Source: an uncultured Verrucomicrobiae bacterium | GTDB lineage: Bacteria; Verrucomicrobiota; Verrucomicrobiia; Chthoniobacterales; UBA10450 | Direction: 5' to 3' | Assembly (NCBI GenBank): GCA_963801815.1 | Contig: CAWDGJ010000003.1 | Span: forward strand, 416,001-480,000 | Length of the DNA stretch: 64,000 bases | Shown here: one piece after another, positions 44,956-56,481 of the stretch | Layout of the letters: each line of letters begins with the position of its first letter | How positions within the stretch are numbered: the stretch's first letter is position 1 | Translations under genes and position numbers: made by a program | Notes under the pieces: generated by a model | What the model was told of the DNA's origin: nothing | Databases searched by the model: none | What the model saw: only the letters and a program-made list of their open reading frames with translations

Positions 44956-46276
44956 ATGAGATTTCCGCTCGCATTAACGACGAAGATCGCTGCCTACATT
45001 GTTGGGCATAAGCTGCGCGGCACGAAGAAATTCGCCACCGTTTTGCAGCTCGAACCGTTACACACCTGCAATCTGACCTGCACCGGCTGCGGGCGAATCC
45101 GCGAATATTCCACTTCGCTCAAGGACATGATGACGCTGGAGGACTGCCTGGGCGCGGCGGAGGAATGCAACGCGCCGATGGTCTCGATCTGCGGCGGCGA
45201 GCCGCTGATTTATCCGCACATCGAGGCCCTGGTGAACGGCCTGCTCGAGCAGGGCCGCATCGTTTACATCTGCACCAACGCCATGTTCATGCGCAAAAAG
45301 ATGCGCGAATGGATGGCGACAGAATTTCGGAATGCGGATAGCGGATTGCGGAAAGAGCTCGAAGCGAACGATCGGCGTGCTTGCTAGCGCGTGGCCTGAT
45401 TACGGAAAAGGACGCGGACGAAATTCGCAAGGGATCCGAAAGATCCTAAATAAGCCGAAGTGACGATTGGCCCGAGCAAATGGATGTATTGGAACGTCCA
45501 CCTCGACGGCCTCGAGCGGATGCACGATTTGATCGTCGAGCGCGAAGGCGTGTTCAAGGAATGCATTCTCGCGATCAAGATGGCGAAGATTCTCGGCTAC
45601 CAGGTCGCGACCAACACCACCATTTATAAAGAGACCGACATGGATGAGGTCGAGCAGATGTTCGATTATCTCTCCGATCTCGGCGTGGACGGGCATACCA
45701 TTTCGCCCGGCTACGAGTACGACGCGGCCAAGAAGGACATGATCAAGCGGTTGAATCTGCAGCCGGAAAATTTCTTCCTCACCCGCGAGATGACGAAGGA
45801 GAAGTTTTCCAAGATCGAGAAGTGGATGAACGATTACACGTTCTTCGGCACGCCGATCTATTTTGAATTTCTGGCCGGTAAACGCGATCTGACCTGCTCG
45901 GCCTGGGCGATTCCGACCCGCAACATTCGCGGCTGGAAAGGGCCCTGCTATTTAATGACCGACGCCCATTACTCGAGCTACGCCGAGCTGCTCGAGAAGG
46001 TGGAGTGGGAGAAATACGGCGTGGTCGATGGCGTCGCGCGCGATCCGCGTTGCGAAAATTGCATGGTCCACTGCGGCTACGAACCGACGGCTTCGTTGGG
46101 CTTGCAGTCGAAGCCGGCGACACCTGGAAGAACATTAAGTTCAATTTTGGGCCAAAACCGAAACCGACCGGCCGCGGCAGCGAGACTCGTCGCCTTCAAC
46201 GGCGTGAGCTGCGGGCAACGGCCATCTGACCGGCAAACAGGCGCAAGCCGAAGCGACCGCCACCAAGGCGTCGTAA
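44956..46276 (+). CDS. hpnH: Hopanoid biosynthesis radical SAM protein HpnH-like (several apparent indels)
   Basis: LEPLHTCNLTCTGC, SICGGEPL, PCYLM and DPRCENCMVHCGYE motifs; adjacent to shc. Confidence 0.85.
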
Positions 46277-46375
46277 GGATCGATCCTTCGTCGTGATGTC
46301 AGCTTGCACATAGCTCCGGCTCGACAAGACGATCGTGTCAAGCATGCAATTACCAGTCAAAATCTGACATCATAG

Positions 46376-48380
46376 ATGAGTTCGTCGCCGAGACGTTATC
46401 GCATTGCGAAGCGCGACGCCAGAACGCGGCAGAGCCGTTTGTCGCGACTGGCGCGAAATTTCCGACGCGATTTGCACGCGCGCAGGAAAATCTGTCTGCG
46501 CCAGCAACATGCAGACGGCCATTGGTGCGGCGAGTTGCTGGTCGATAGCACGCTTTGCTCCGATTTCGTGCTGTTCATGCACTGGCTGGGCGAGGTCGAT
46601 GTGAATCTCCAGGAACGCTGTGCCCGTCACATTCTGAAACGCCAGCTGCCGGACGGCGGCTGGAACATTTATTTTGGCGGCCCGAGCGAGATCAACGCGT
46701 CGGTGAAAGGTTATTTCGCGCTCAAGCTGGCCGGTTATTCGCCGATCTGCCGTTCATGCGCAAAGCGCGCGCGAACATCCTGCGCCTCGGCGGCATCCCG
46801 CGCATGAACACATTCAGCAAGCTTTATCTCGCGTTGCTCGGCCAGTTTCCCTGGAAATATCTGCCGACCATTCCGGTGGAAATGATTTTGCTGCCCGAGC
46901 TGGGCGCCGTTCCACATCTACAAAATGTCGTCCTGGAGCCGGGCGATGCTCATTCCGCTGGCGATCATCAACCATTTCAAGCCGACGCGCTCGTTGCCCG
47001 GCAACAAACAACTTCACGAGCTCTATCCGCTCGGCACCGAGCAAGGCGATTTGCGTTGCCGCGCGAGCGGACGGTTCTGGACCTGGCGCAATTTCTTCCT
47101 TCGGGTCAATGACGTGCTTGAAAGATTCTGCACCCGTTGCGAATCAGCCCGATGCGGAAACGTGCGCTCGAAGAAGCCGAACGCTGGATGCTCGAACGAA
47201 TCGGCGAGGGCAGCGACGGACTCGCCGCCGTTTTTCCGGCGATGCTGAATTGCCTGATCGCACTCCGGGCTCTCGGTTATCCGAAAGATCATCCCGTTTA
47301 CAAGAAGGCGGCGCAGGATTTCGCGGGATTGTTTGTCGACGATCCGGAAGATTTCCGCATCCAACCATGTCTCTCGCCGGTTTGGGACACCGCGATCAAC
47401 ATGATCGCGCTCGCCGAATCCGGCATGCCGGCCGACGATCCGGCGTTGCGCCACGCGGCGAAATGGCTGCTCGACAAGGAAGTTCGGATCCGCGGCGATT
47501 GGACGCGCAACAATCCGCATCGCGAAGCCAGCGGCTGGGCGTTCGAATACAACAACGTTTATTACCCGGACGTCGACGACACCGCGATGGTGCTGATGGC
47601 GTTGCGACTGGTGAAACCGGAGAATGAATCGGAGCTCGCCAACACGTTCCGGCGCGCACTCGATTGGCAGATGAGCTTTCCAATGCAGGGACGGCGGTTG
47701 GGCGGCGTTCGACAAGGACGTGACGACACCGTGGCTCGAAGACATGCCGTTCGCCGACCACAACGCGATTCTCGATCCGACCTGCAGCGATCTGACCGCG
47801 CGCACGCTCGAGTTGCTCGGTTACATCAATTTCAATCCGAGAGTCCGCAGCGTGCGCGATGGCGTTGCAATATCTGATCGACACCCAGGAGGACGACGGT
47901 TCGTGGTATGGACGCTGGGGCGTGAATTATATTTACGGCACCTGGCAGGTGCTGCGCGGATTGCGCGCCATCGGCCAGGACATGACCCAGGATTGGATTC
48001 TGCGCGGACGCGATTGGCTCGAGAGCTGTCAGAACGACGACGGCGGCTGGGGCGAAACCTGCGCCACCTACGACAATCCGGCGATGAAAGGAATCGGCAA
48101 AAGCACCGCGTCGCAAACGGCCTGGGCGATCATGGGAATTTGCGCGTGCGGCGATCTGAATCGTCCAAGCATTCAACGCGGTCTTCGTTTTCTGTTGAGC
48201 TCGCAAAAAGCCGACGGCTCATGGGACGAGCCGGAAATCACCGGAACCGGATTTCCCGGGCGTGTTTTATCTGAAGTACGACATGTACCGCCAGAATTTC
48301 CCGCTCCTGGCTCTCGCCACTTACGTGAATTACCGCAACGGCCTCGATCACCCAGCCGGGATTTTATCAGCGCGAGGTAG
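46376..48380 (+). CDS. shc: Squalene-hopene cyclase (multiple apparent indels; start approximate)
   Basis: QW repeats (QLPDGGW, QEDDGSW, QNDDGGW, QKADGSW), SPVWDTA and catalytic YPDVDDTA. Confidence 0.93.
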
Positions 48381-48489
48381 CGGCGATTGACCTCAGCGCT
48401 AGCGGCGATTCGGCTGAATCGGTCCGCAGCCAAGGATTGCAAGACACTTTCCGCGCTAGGTTCGGTATTTCGGCGCTACGCCTGATCAA

Positions 48490-48519
48490 TTGACCGCCAT
48501 TCCGCATGCGGCCTAACGT
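48490..48519 (+). promoter_or_regulatory. Putative sigma70 promoter of sodA, leaderless geometry
   Basis: TTGACC-18-TAACGT, ending 6 nt before the ATG at 48526. Confidence 0.5.
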
Positions 48520-48525
48520 GTTTGT

Positions 48526-49141
48526 ATGGCTTACGAACTACCGAAATTACCTTACGCCTACAACGCGCTCGAACCGCATATCGACGCGCGCACGATGGAA
48601 ATCCATTACACCAAGCATCATCAGGCTTACGTCACGAACGTTAACAACGCGATCAAAGGCAAAGCCGACCTGGAGAAGAAATCGGTCGAGGATTTGATTC
48701 GCAATTTGAACTCAGTGCCGGAAGACATCCGCACCGCCGTGCGCAACAACGGCGGCGGTCACGCGAATCATTCGTTCTTCTGGAAGATCATGGGCCCGAA
48801 GGCGGGCGGCGAACCAAACGGCAAACTGGCCGACGATATCAAATCCACCTTCGGCGGCTTCGATGAGTTCAAGGAAAAATTCGCCGCCGCCGGCGCCGGC
48901 CGATTCGGCAGCGGTTGGGCGTGGCTGATCAAGAACAAGAGCGGCAAACTCGAAATTATTTCCACGCCAACCAGGACAGTCCGCTCATGGGAAAAGCGAT
49001 TGCTGGACCGAAGGCACGCCGATTCTCGGCGTCGACGTTTGGGAACACGCTTACTATCTCAATTACCAGAACCGCCGGCCGGATTACATCAAGGCGTGGT
49101 GGAATGTGGTGAATTGGGACGCTGTGGCGAAGAATTATTGA
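48526..49141 (+). CDS. sodA: Mn/Fe superoxide dismutase, Mn-type signature (apparent indels near 48968 and 49010)
   Basis: [26 protein letters not shown] and DVWEHAYY motifs. Confidence 0.93.
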
Positions 49142-49151
49142 TTGTTTGATT

Positions 49152-49212
49152 TGGAGGGACGACCTCCGTGTCGTCCCCTCAATTCGTCGGACGCGACGGA
49201 GCGCGTCCCTCC

Positions 49213-49213
<1 letters not shown>
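49152..49213. repeat. GGAG-type REP doublet ending at the dapL ATG
   Basis: tggagggacgacctccgtgtcgtcc ... ggacgcgacggagcgcgtccctcca. Confidence 0.85.
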
Positions 49214-50482
<1,269 letters not shown>

Positions 50483-50545
50483 GCCGCTGCTACTTTCGTT
50501 GCGATCTAGGCCAGGCGCGTAACATTCGCGGCGGAGAAAATCCGG

Positions 50546-51029
50546 GTGGCCGAAGAAAAACAAGATCTGCTCCAGCTTTACCGCTTCTGTTTCCTGATGC
50601 TGGCCGATGCGGCGAAAGCGCAGGAAATTTTTCATGCGACTTTGCGCGAAGCCGCGCAATTGGCGGCCGACGGCGAATCGCCCGGGATCGCCTTGTGGTT
50701 TTTTCGAAACGCGCGTTGGCGCTGTCTGGAAGCAGGCGAGCAAGGTTTGCAGGCGGAGGATAGTCGATCTTGAGCAGGGCGAGCTCGCGGAATGGGGCGC
50801 CATCGCAAATTCAACAGCTCGAGCCGGAACAATTCGCCATCTGGATTGCAGCGGCCCCCGACCCGCAACGCACGCGCACTGGCGCTTTTTTATCTCGAAT
50901 GAGTTCAGTTATCGCGATTTGCTTTCGGTGACTGAGCTGAAACCGCCGGAATTGTCCAAATTGCTCGGCAACGGCCGTCGCGAATTTCAAGCATGGTTGG
51001 ACGCAACCTTCCCGGTATCGCAAGTATGA
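50546..51029 (+). CDS. ECF sigma factor-like protein, divergent (apparent indels)
   Basis: LYRFCFLMLADAAKAQEIF region 2-like start, and region 4-like FSYRDL...GRREF. Confidence 0.55.
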
Positions 51030-51801
51030 GCGCGAGTCCAACTTTCGCGACGCGACCAAATTCTGGTGCAGTGCGCGCCGGTTCGCGAAGAGCATGTGGA
51101 TGATCGCGCGTTACGAACGGCACTGCATCGCGCTCGCAAGACGCCGGCGTTTGCGACCCAGCAAAATTTCGACAAAGCGGTGAGCGCATTGGTTCAGGCC
51201 ATTCCAATTCCGAAAGAAATCATTGAATGGGTGCCGACTGAAACGTTCATCGCGCCGGCGAGGCGCAACTGGAAGAAATACGTGCAGAATCCGGTCTTTC
51301 TCGCGACCGGCATCGCCGCGCTCGTGATCGCGGTGATTTTGGTTTTCCAATTGATCGATCGACTGAACCGTTTTCCCGGTGAACCGACCGCGCGCCGGCT
51401 ACTGACGACTGCGGCCTCGACGCACTCGGTGATCTTGGATCCAGTGAAGACAACTGCTGGCGCGCTCGGCGATTACTTTTTCATGAAGCATCGGCTCGCG
51501 CATTACGACGTGCCGGCAGAGTTTGCCGAATTGAAAACGCTCGGAGTTCGCGTTTTTGACGATGAAGAAGGTCAGCGAGTCGCCCAGGTCTGGGCTGTGG
51601 AAAAGAAGATGCAGTTTTTCCTTTTTCCGGCGGAACGCGATCCGAAAAGCGGTGCGACCAAACATTTCAGACGGCTGGCGTTACGTGGATCAGGATCGTT
51701 GGACTGGTGTCGTGGAAGAGCAAGGCGGCGTTTGCTTCATGGCTGCGCTGCGAGGAAGCGAAAAAGATCTCGCGCCTTACGTTTCGGCGAAGAAAGAATG
51801 A
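51026..51801 (+). CDS. Putative membrane-anchored anti-sigma-like protein (apparent indels)
   Basis: ATGA overlap with the sigma-like gene; single TM helix VFLATGIAALVIAVILVF followed by a soluble domain. Confidence 0.5.
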
Positions 51802-51851
51802 TTGTAGCGGCGCTCTGTGAGCTCCGTCGGCGGTCATAGTCCGCCGCTACA
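51802..51851. repeat. Short TGTAG...CTACA REP doublet
   Basis: ttgtagcggcgctctgtgagctccgtcggcggtcatagtccgccgctaca. Confidence 0.75.
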
Positions 51852-51903
51852 GAGCACGTTGACAGTCGAGACGGTGCGATTGAACGTTGTCGCCGCTTAC
51901 TTC

Positions 51904-51975
51904 GCCAGGGTAGCTCAGCGGTAGAGCAGGGGACTCATAAGCCCTTGGTCGGGAGTTCAATTCTCCCCCCTGGCA
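51904..51975 (+). tRNA. tRNA-CAT, non-initiator (elongator Met most likely; Ile2 not excluded); CCA not encoded
   Basis: Acceptor gccaggg/ccctggc, D-arm gctc/gagc, anticodon loop ctcataa, T-arm gggag-ttcaatt-ctccc. Confidence 0.93.
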
Positions 51976-52007
51976 GTTTTTTGATTGCCAAATTCCAATT
52001 GAATTCG

Positions 52008-52041
52008 GAGTTGGACGTTCAGCGTTGAGCGTTGGACGTTT
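52008..52041. repeat. Heptamer GTTGGAC/GTTGAGC array
   Basis: gagttggacgttcagcgttgagcgttggacgttt. Confidence 0.7.
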
Positions 52042-52046
52042 CATCG

Positions 52047-53567
52047 GTGAACGAAGAGATCGAGAAATTCTTCGCCCGCGGGAATGACTACTGGTTGACC
52101 CGATTCGTCATTCTGCGGCTGCTTGGTTTCGTCTACGTGATCGCGTTCCTGGTCGCGGTGAATCAACTGGTGCCGTTGATTGGCGCGACCGGTTTAACGC
52201 CGGCCCACGATTTTCTTTCGCGGGTACACTCTCATTACGGCTCCCGAACGCAGGGAATGATGCACATGCCGTCCCTGTTTTGGTTCGGTGTGTCGGATTT
52301 TGGCTTGTCGATCTTCGCCTGGATCGGTCTCGTGCTGTCGCTAATCGTCATGTGCGGTTACGCGAACGCAATTCTGCTCGCGTTGCTCTGGGTCATCTAC
52401 ATGTCGATCGTTCATATCGGCAATATCTGGTACGGTTACGGTTGGGAGATTCAGCTCCTCGAAACTGGATTCCTCTCGATTTTTCTTTGTCCGTTGATCG
52501 ATCCGCGCCCATTTCCAAAGTCGCGTCCGCCAATTTTGGTGTTCTGGCTTTTTCGCTGGCTCGGGTTTCGGATCATGGTCGGCGCGGGTTTGATCAAGCT
52601 TCGCGGGGACGATTGCTGGCGCGATCTGACCTGCATGTATTATCATTACGAAACTCAGCCGATTCCGAACCCGATCAGCCGCTATCTGCATTTCCTGCCG
52701 CATTGGTTTCATAATCTGGAAGTAGTTTGGAACCATTTCGTCGAGCTGATCGTGCCGTGGTTTTCCTTTGGACCGCGAAAGGTACGCCACATCGCGGGCG
52801 TATTGCTCGTCCTGTTTCAGGTCATTCTCATCATCAGCGGAAATCTTTCGTTTCTAAATTATCTGACGATCATTCCGTTTCTGGCGTGCTTCGATGACAC
52901 GCTGTTGCGTCGGGTGTTACCGAAATCGCTTGTTAAACGGGCTGAAGAAGCGGCAGCGCAATCGCAGCCGTCGCGCGTTCACAATGGGATTTCTGTCGCT
53001 TTAGCCGTATTGGTCGCGTGGTTAAGCATTCCGACGGTAATGAATCTCGCCGGCGGACGTCAGTTGATGAATTACTCGTTCGATCCGCTCGATTTGGTCA
53101 ACACCTACGGCGCGTTCGGTACGGTCGGTCGCGAGCGCGACGAAATTGTTTTCGAAGGGACAGACGACGCAGTCATTACCGGCGAAACGAAATGGAAAGA
53201 ATATGAATTCAAAGCCAAACCAGGCGACCCGGATCGGCGCCCGGCGTTTATCGCGCCGTATCAACCGCGGATAGACTGGCAAATCTGGTTCGCGGCGATG
53301 GAGACGCCCGCCGAGTATCCATGGACCTTTCATTTCGTCTGGAAACTCCTGCACAATGACAAGAACACGTTGTCGTTGCTGGCGAACAATCCGTTTCCAG
53401 ATGCCCCACCAAGATTCATCCGTGCGCGTCTGTATCGTTATGAATTTGCGCCACTCGGCGATAAAGGATGGTGGAAGCGGGAACTTATCGGTGAATGGCT
53501 GCCGGCATTATCGGTGGATAATGAGCAACTGCGTGAGGTGCTGGCCGCGAAAGCGTGGCTCGATTAA
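52047..53567 (+). CDS. Lipase maturation factor family protein
   Basis: GWEIQLLETGF, GAGLIKLRGD..W, HYETQPIPNP, NTYGAFG and PYQPRIDWQIWFA motifs. Confidence 0.93.
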   Translation: MNEEIEKFFARGNDYWLTRFVILRLLGFVYVIAFLVAVNQLVPLIGATGLTPAHDFLSRVHSHYGSRTQGMMHMPSLFWFGVSDFGLSIFAWIGLVLSLIVMCGYANAILLALLWVIYMSIVHIGNIWYGYGWEIQLLETGFLSIFLCPLIDPRPFPKSRPPILVFWLFRWLGFRIMVGAGLIKLRGDDCWRDLTCMYYHYETQPIPNPISRYLHFLPHWFHNLEVVWNHFVELIVPWFSFGPRKVRHIAGVLLVLFQVILIISGNLSFLNYLTIIPFLACFDDTLLRRVLPKSLVKRAEEAAAQSQPSRVHNGISVALAVLVAWLSIPTVMNLAGGRQLMNYSFDPLDLVNTYGAFGTVGRERDEIVFEGTDDAVITGETKWKEYEFKAKPGDPDRRPAFIAPYQPRIDWQIWFAAMETPAEYPWTFHFVWKLLHNDKNTLSLLANNPFPDAPPRFIRARLYRYEFAPLGDKGWWKRELIGEWLPALSVDNEQLREVLAAKAWLD

Positions 53568-53600
53568 CAGGACCGACAATTCGCTGCAGGGGCATCATTC

Positions 53601-54614
53601 ATGAGATCGCGTTCGGTCGTCACGGAAAAGTTTCTTGAGCAAATCGCCGACCCGAAATCGCGTCACCATTCCAATTACCTGGCCTATCAGCGCGGTGAAA
53701 TTACACGACGACAACTGATTTCGCGTCTGCCGCACGTCGCGATGATTGGCGACAGTGTGTGCACGGGAATCTATGTGACGACGCGCTGGAGCACGTTTTG
53801 GCGGGCGCGTGATCGTCACAACCGCAATTGGTTTCTCGATCTTAGTCCAGCGCGAGAAATCCAAAGCGTGTCCAGGCGTTTGAAAGAGATAACACCATTC
53901 GTGGCGATTCATTGCGCCGGCGTGGGCGCCATGATCGATGCTGAGGGCGAACGGGAAACCCGTTTCCGGCGAATTCTCGGCACGCGTAATCTGTCCGGTC
54001 AAATCAATCAACTCATTCGCGCGCGCCGATTTCCCGATCTGGTTCTGGTTTCAATCGGGCATAACAATGTGGATTGGGCCTGGCGCTGTCCGCCGGACGA
54101 GCTCGAACAATCGGAAGAGCGTTTGCAACGCCAGCGCCAGTGTGTTCGGGAACTTTTCGCCCGTCGGCTGCGACCGCTGATTCACCATACACAGCAGCAA
54201 CGTCATCGCGTCGCCATTGTCGTTTTTGGCCTGATAAACTTTGAAGCCTACTTTAAAGGCCGTGAACAAGCGGAGCGTTTGCGTGCCACGAACTCAGCAT
54301 TGTATCCACACCTCGAAACGACCTACGAATACCTGATCTCGTTTCGTCCGGCTTTGCGTGAGAATGTGATTCGTCTCGCGGTGATGGTGAACGACGAGCT
54401 TCGAGCGATGGTGGAGGAGTTCAATCGTGAACTCCCAGGGAACTCAAATGTGCAGCTGCGTTATTCCGACGCGCTGGCAACTGCGGATTTGAGTCGCGCT
54501 GAGCTTCTTCACGCTATCGACGGCTGGCACGCGTCGGCTAAAGGACACAACGTTCTTGCCGAAGCGGCGTTCGACGATCTCATTTCGAGTTTGCAATTTC
54601 TCGGGATCATTTGA
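53601..54614 (+). CDS. SGNH/GDSL hydrolase family protein
   Basis: IGDS (block I), SIGHNN (block III) and DGWH (block V). Confidence 0.8.
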   Translation: MRSRSVVTEKFLEQIADPKSRHHSNYLAYQRGEITRRQLISRLPHVAMIGDSVCTGIYVTTRWSTFWRARDRHNRNWFLDLSPAREIQSVSRRLKEITPFVAIHCAGVGAMIDAEGERETRFRRILGTRNLSGQINQLIRARRFPDLVLVSIGHNNVDWAWRCPPDELEQSEERLQRQRQCVRELFARRLRPLIHHTQQQRHRVAIVVFGLINFEAYFKGREQAERLRATNSALYPHLETTYEYLISFRPALRENVIRLAVMVNDELRAMVEEFNRELPGNSNVQLRYSDALATADLSRAELLHAIDGWHASAKGHNVLAEAAFDDLISSLQFLGII

Positions 54615-54615
54615 T

Positions 54616-56334
54616 TTACAACCCGCGCTCTTTCAGACGCGCGATGGTATCACGCATCATGCGATAGCCGAAGTGGCCTTGCGGCACGCGCAGCAGTTCC
54701 GACCCGCGCCATTTCTGATGGAGCGCTTCGATGTCCTGTGCCGGAGCGACCAGATCGAATTCGCCAAGAACAAAAAGCACTCGCGCCGGATCGCACAACG
54801 GGTCCGTGTGCGATGGCGAGCTGAGATGAAAATGCCGCGCCACTAAGGCTGGTGCGATGTTCGCTCGGCGTAGTTTTCGCCGCATCGTTGCAGTTGCCGG
54901 ATTTTGCCAGATCGCGTGTTCGACATTCACAATCGGCGCCATCAGTGCCAGAAAACGGAAATCGCTTTCCACGGTGGCGAGTAGCGCGCCAATCCACGCC
55001 CCGTAACTGGTCCCGAGAATTCCGAACTCGCGACAGCCCTGTTCGCGCAATGCTGCGATCAATTGCCGAACTTCCATTACGCCCTGGCGCAATCCTTCAG
55101 CGTTTCGAATGAGATCGGCTGTGATGGCGAGCTCGCCGTTCCAATAGCCGCGCGGCACACGCGAGTAGTGATACGGCAGGTGAACGAAGCAGGCGTTCCA
55201 GCCGAGCTCGTTGAATCGCATCGCCCACCGACGATAGCCAATATTGGCGGCCGACATCAGGGCGTGCAACATGAATACAGTCGGGGCCGCTCGGGGATGT
55301 GCGCTTGGAAAAAATTCGGCACGCGCGGTGTTGTTCCGGACGAATTCGGTTTGAATCGGGCTGCGCCATGCGACCTTCGGGCCGTTTCCATTGGCAATCG
55401 CGCGCCCCAGGGCGCCATCATTTGACGCGGCGTAATACTCATGTGGCGTGAGCTTCTCGCACGCGGCCACGTATTTCTTCATCGCTTCCGCACTGTGACC
55501 GTTCAGCCGATGCCGCGCTTGGAGTAGATTCATCGACGTGCACATCGCGAAATCGACGGCTAAAGCTTTGAAGCGTCGAATTGGTAGGGACGCCGGGCCG
55601 CGGTGTCTGCGGACCGAGTAGCGCGCTGTCCCTACCCTTTTCCTGCGCTCGTGCGGCGGGTGCGGAAGATCGTCGGAAGTAAGCCGAAATTGTCCGCGCA
55701 AATCGGCATAAAGTTTTTGGAATCCGTTCTTCAGTTCGTTTTCGATCCGACCGCGGGCAGCGGACCTTTCCAAGCCGGGAAGGATTTCTATGGGTTTACC
55801 GAACGCGATCCAAACCGGTGTGCGTTTCAACGGCAGCCAGCTTCGCGTCGCGTAAAGTCGATCGCTGCCAAGAATGACGCACGGCAACACTGGAACCTGA
55901 GCGATGTGCGCCAAGGTTGAAGCCCCGGCGCGGAGCGGCGCGCCTTCGAGCAATGACTGCGCGCCGTCGCGAATCCCGCCTTCGGGAAATACGCCAACGA
56001 TGCGACCGCGTTTCAATCGCTCGATCGCGGTGCGAATCGTGTTGCGATCGGCGCGGTCACGCTCGGCCGGGAATGCGTCCACTGCGCGCAGGAACAAGCC
56101 GACGATTGGTAGCGGAAAAAATTCGGCCATGGCCATCCAGTCGATTTTCCGTCGCACGACCGACGAAATAATGAACGGGTCAAAGTGACTGATGTGATTT
56201 GATGCGAGCAGCAACCCACCGGCGCCTTCCGTGTTTTCCAGTCCGAGGACATAAACGCGCGACGAGTAACCGAACAGCGTTTTCATGAAGAGCGCCGCCG
56301 TCCGATTGGCAATTGAATGTAGGGTCTCGCCCAT
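54616..56334 (-). CDS. Fusion of lysophospholipid acyltransferase (PlsC-like) and alpha/beta hydrolase
   Basis: NHISHFD and FPEGG; C-terminal GTSYG nucleophile, D and GH. Confidence 0.87.
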   Translation of the reverse strand: MGETLHSIANRTAALFMKTLFGYSSRVYVLGLENTEGAGGLLLASNHISHFDPFIISSVVRRKIDWMAMAEFFPLPIVGLFLRAVDAFPAERDRADRNTIRTAIERLKRGRIVGVFPEGGIRDGAQSLLEGAPLRAGASTLAHIAQVPVLPCVILGSDRLYATRSWLPLKRTPVWIAFGKPIEILPGLERSAARGRIENELKNGFQKLYADLRGQFRLTSDDLPHPPHERRKRVGTARYSVRRHRGPASLPIRRFKALAVDFAMCTSMNLLQARHRLNGHSAEAMKKYVAACEKLTPHEYYAASNDGALGRAIANGNGPKVAWRSPIQTEFVRNNTARAEFFPSAHPRAAPTVFMLHALMSAANIGYRRWAMRFNELGWNACFVHLPYHYSRVPRGYWNGELAITADLIRNAEGLRQGVMEVRQLIAALREQGCREFGILGTSYGAWIGALLATVESDFRFLALMAPIVNVEHAIWQNPATATMRRKLRRANIAPALVARHFHLSSPSHTDPLCDPARVLFVLGEFDLVAPAQDIEALHQKWRGSELLRVPQGHFGYRMMRDTIARLKERGL

Positions 56335-56343
56335 TTGTCGACC

Positions 56344-56481
56344 ATAGCCCAGCCTTCCAAGGCTGGGAAAGCAATAGGGTTTTGAAATGAGTCCCTGGGA
56401 GGGATGGCAGAATTTCTTTCGTCCCTATTGGGACTCTGATCTGAAATCTTCCAAGACCCCAGCGCTAAAGCGCTGAGCTAT
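56344..56481. repeat. ATAGCCCAGC...GCTGAGCTAT palindromic element with internal GTCCC hairpins
   Basis: atagcccagccttccaaggctggg ... gtccctggagggatg..gtccctattgggac ... cccagcgctaaagcgctgagctat; overlaps the aas stop. Confidence 0.75.
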
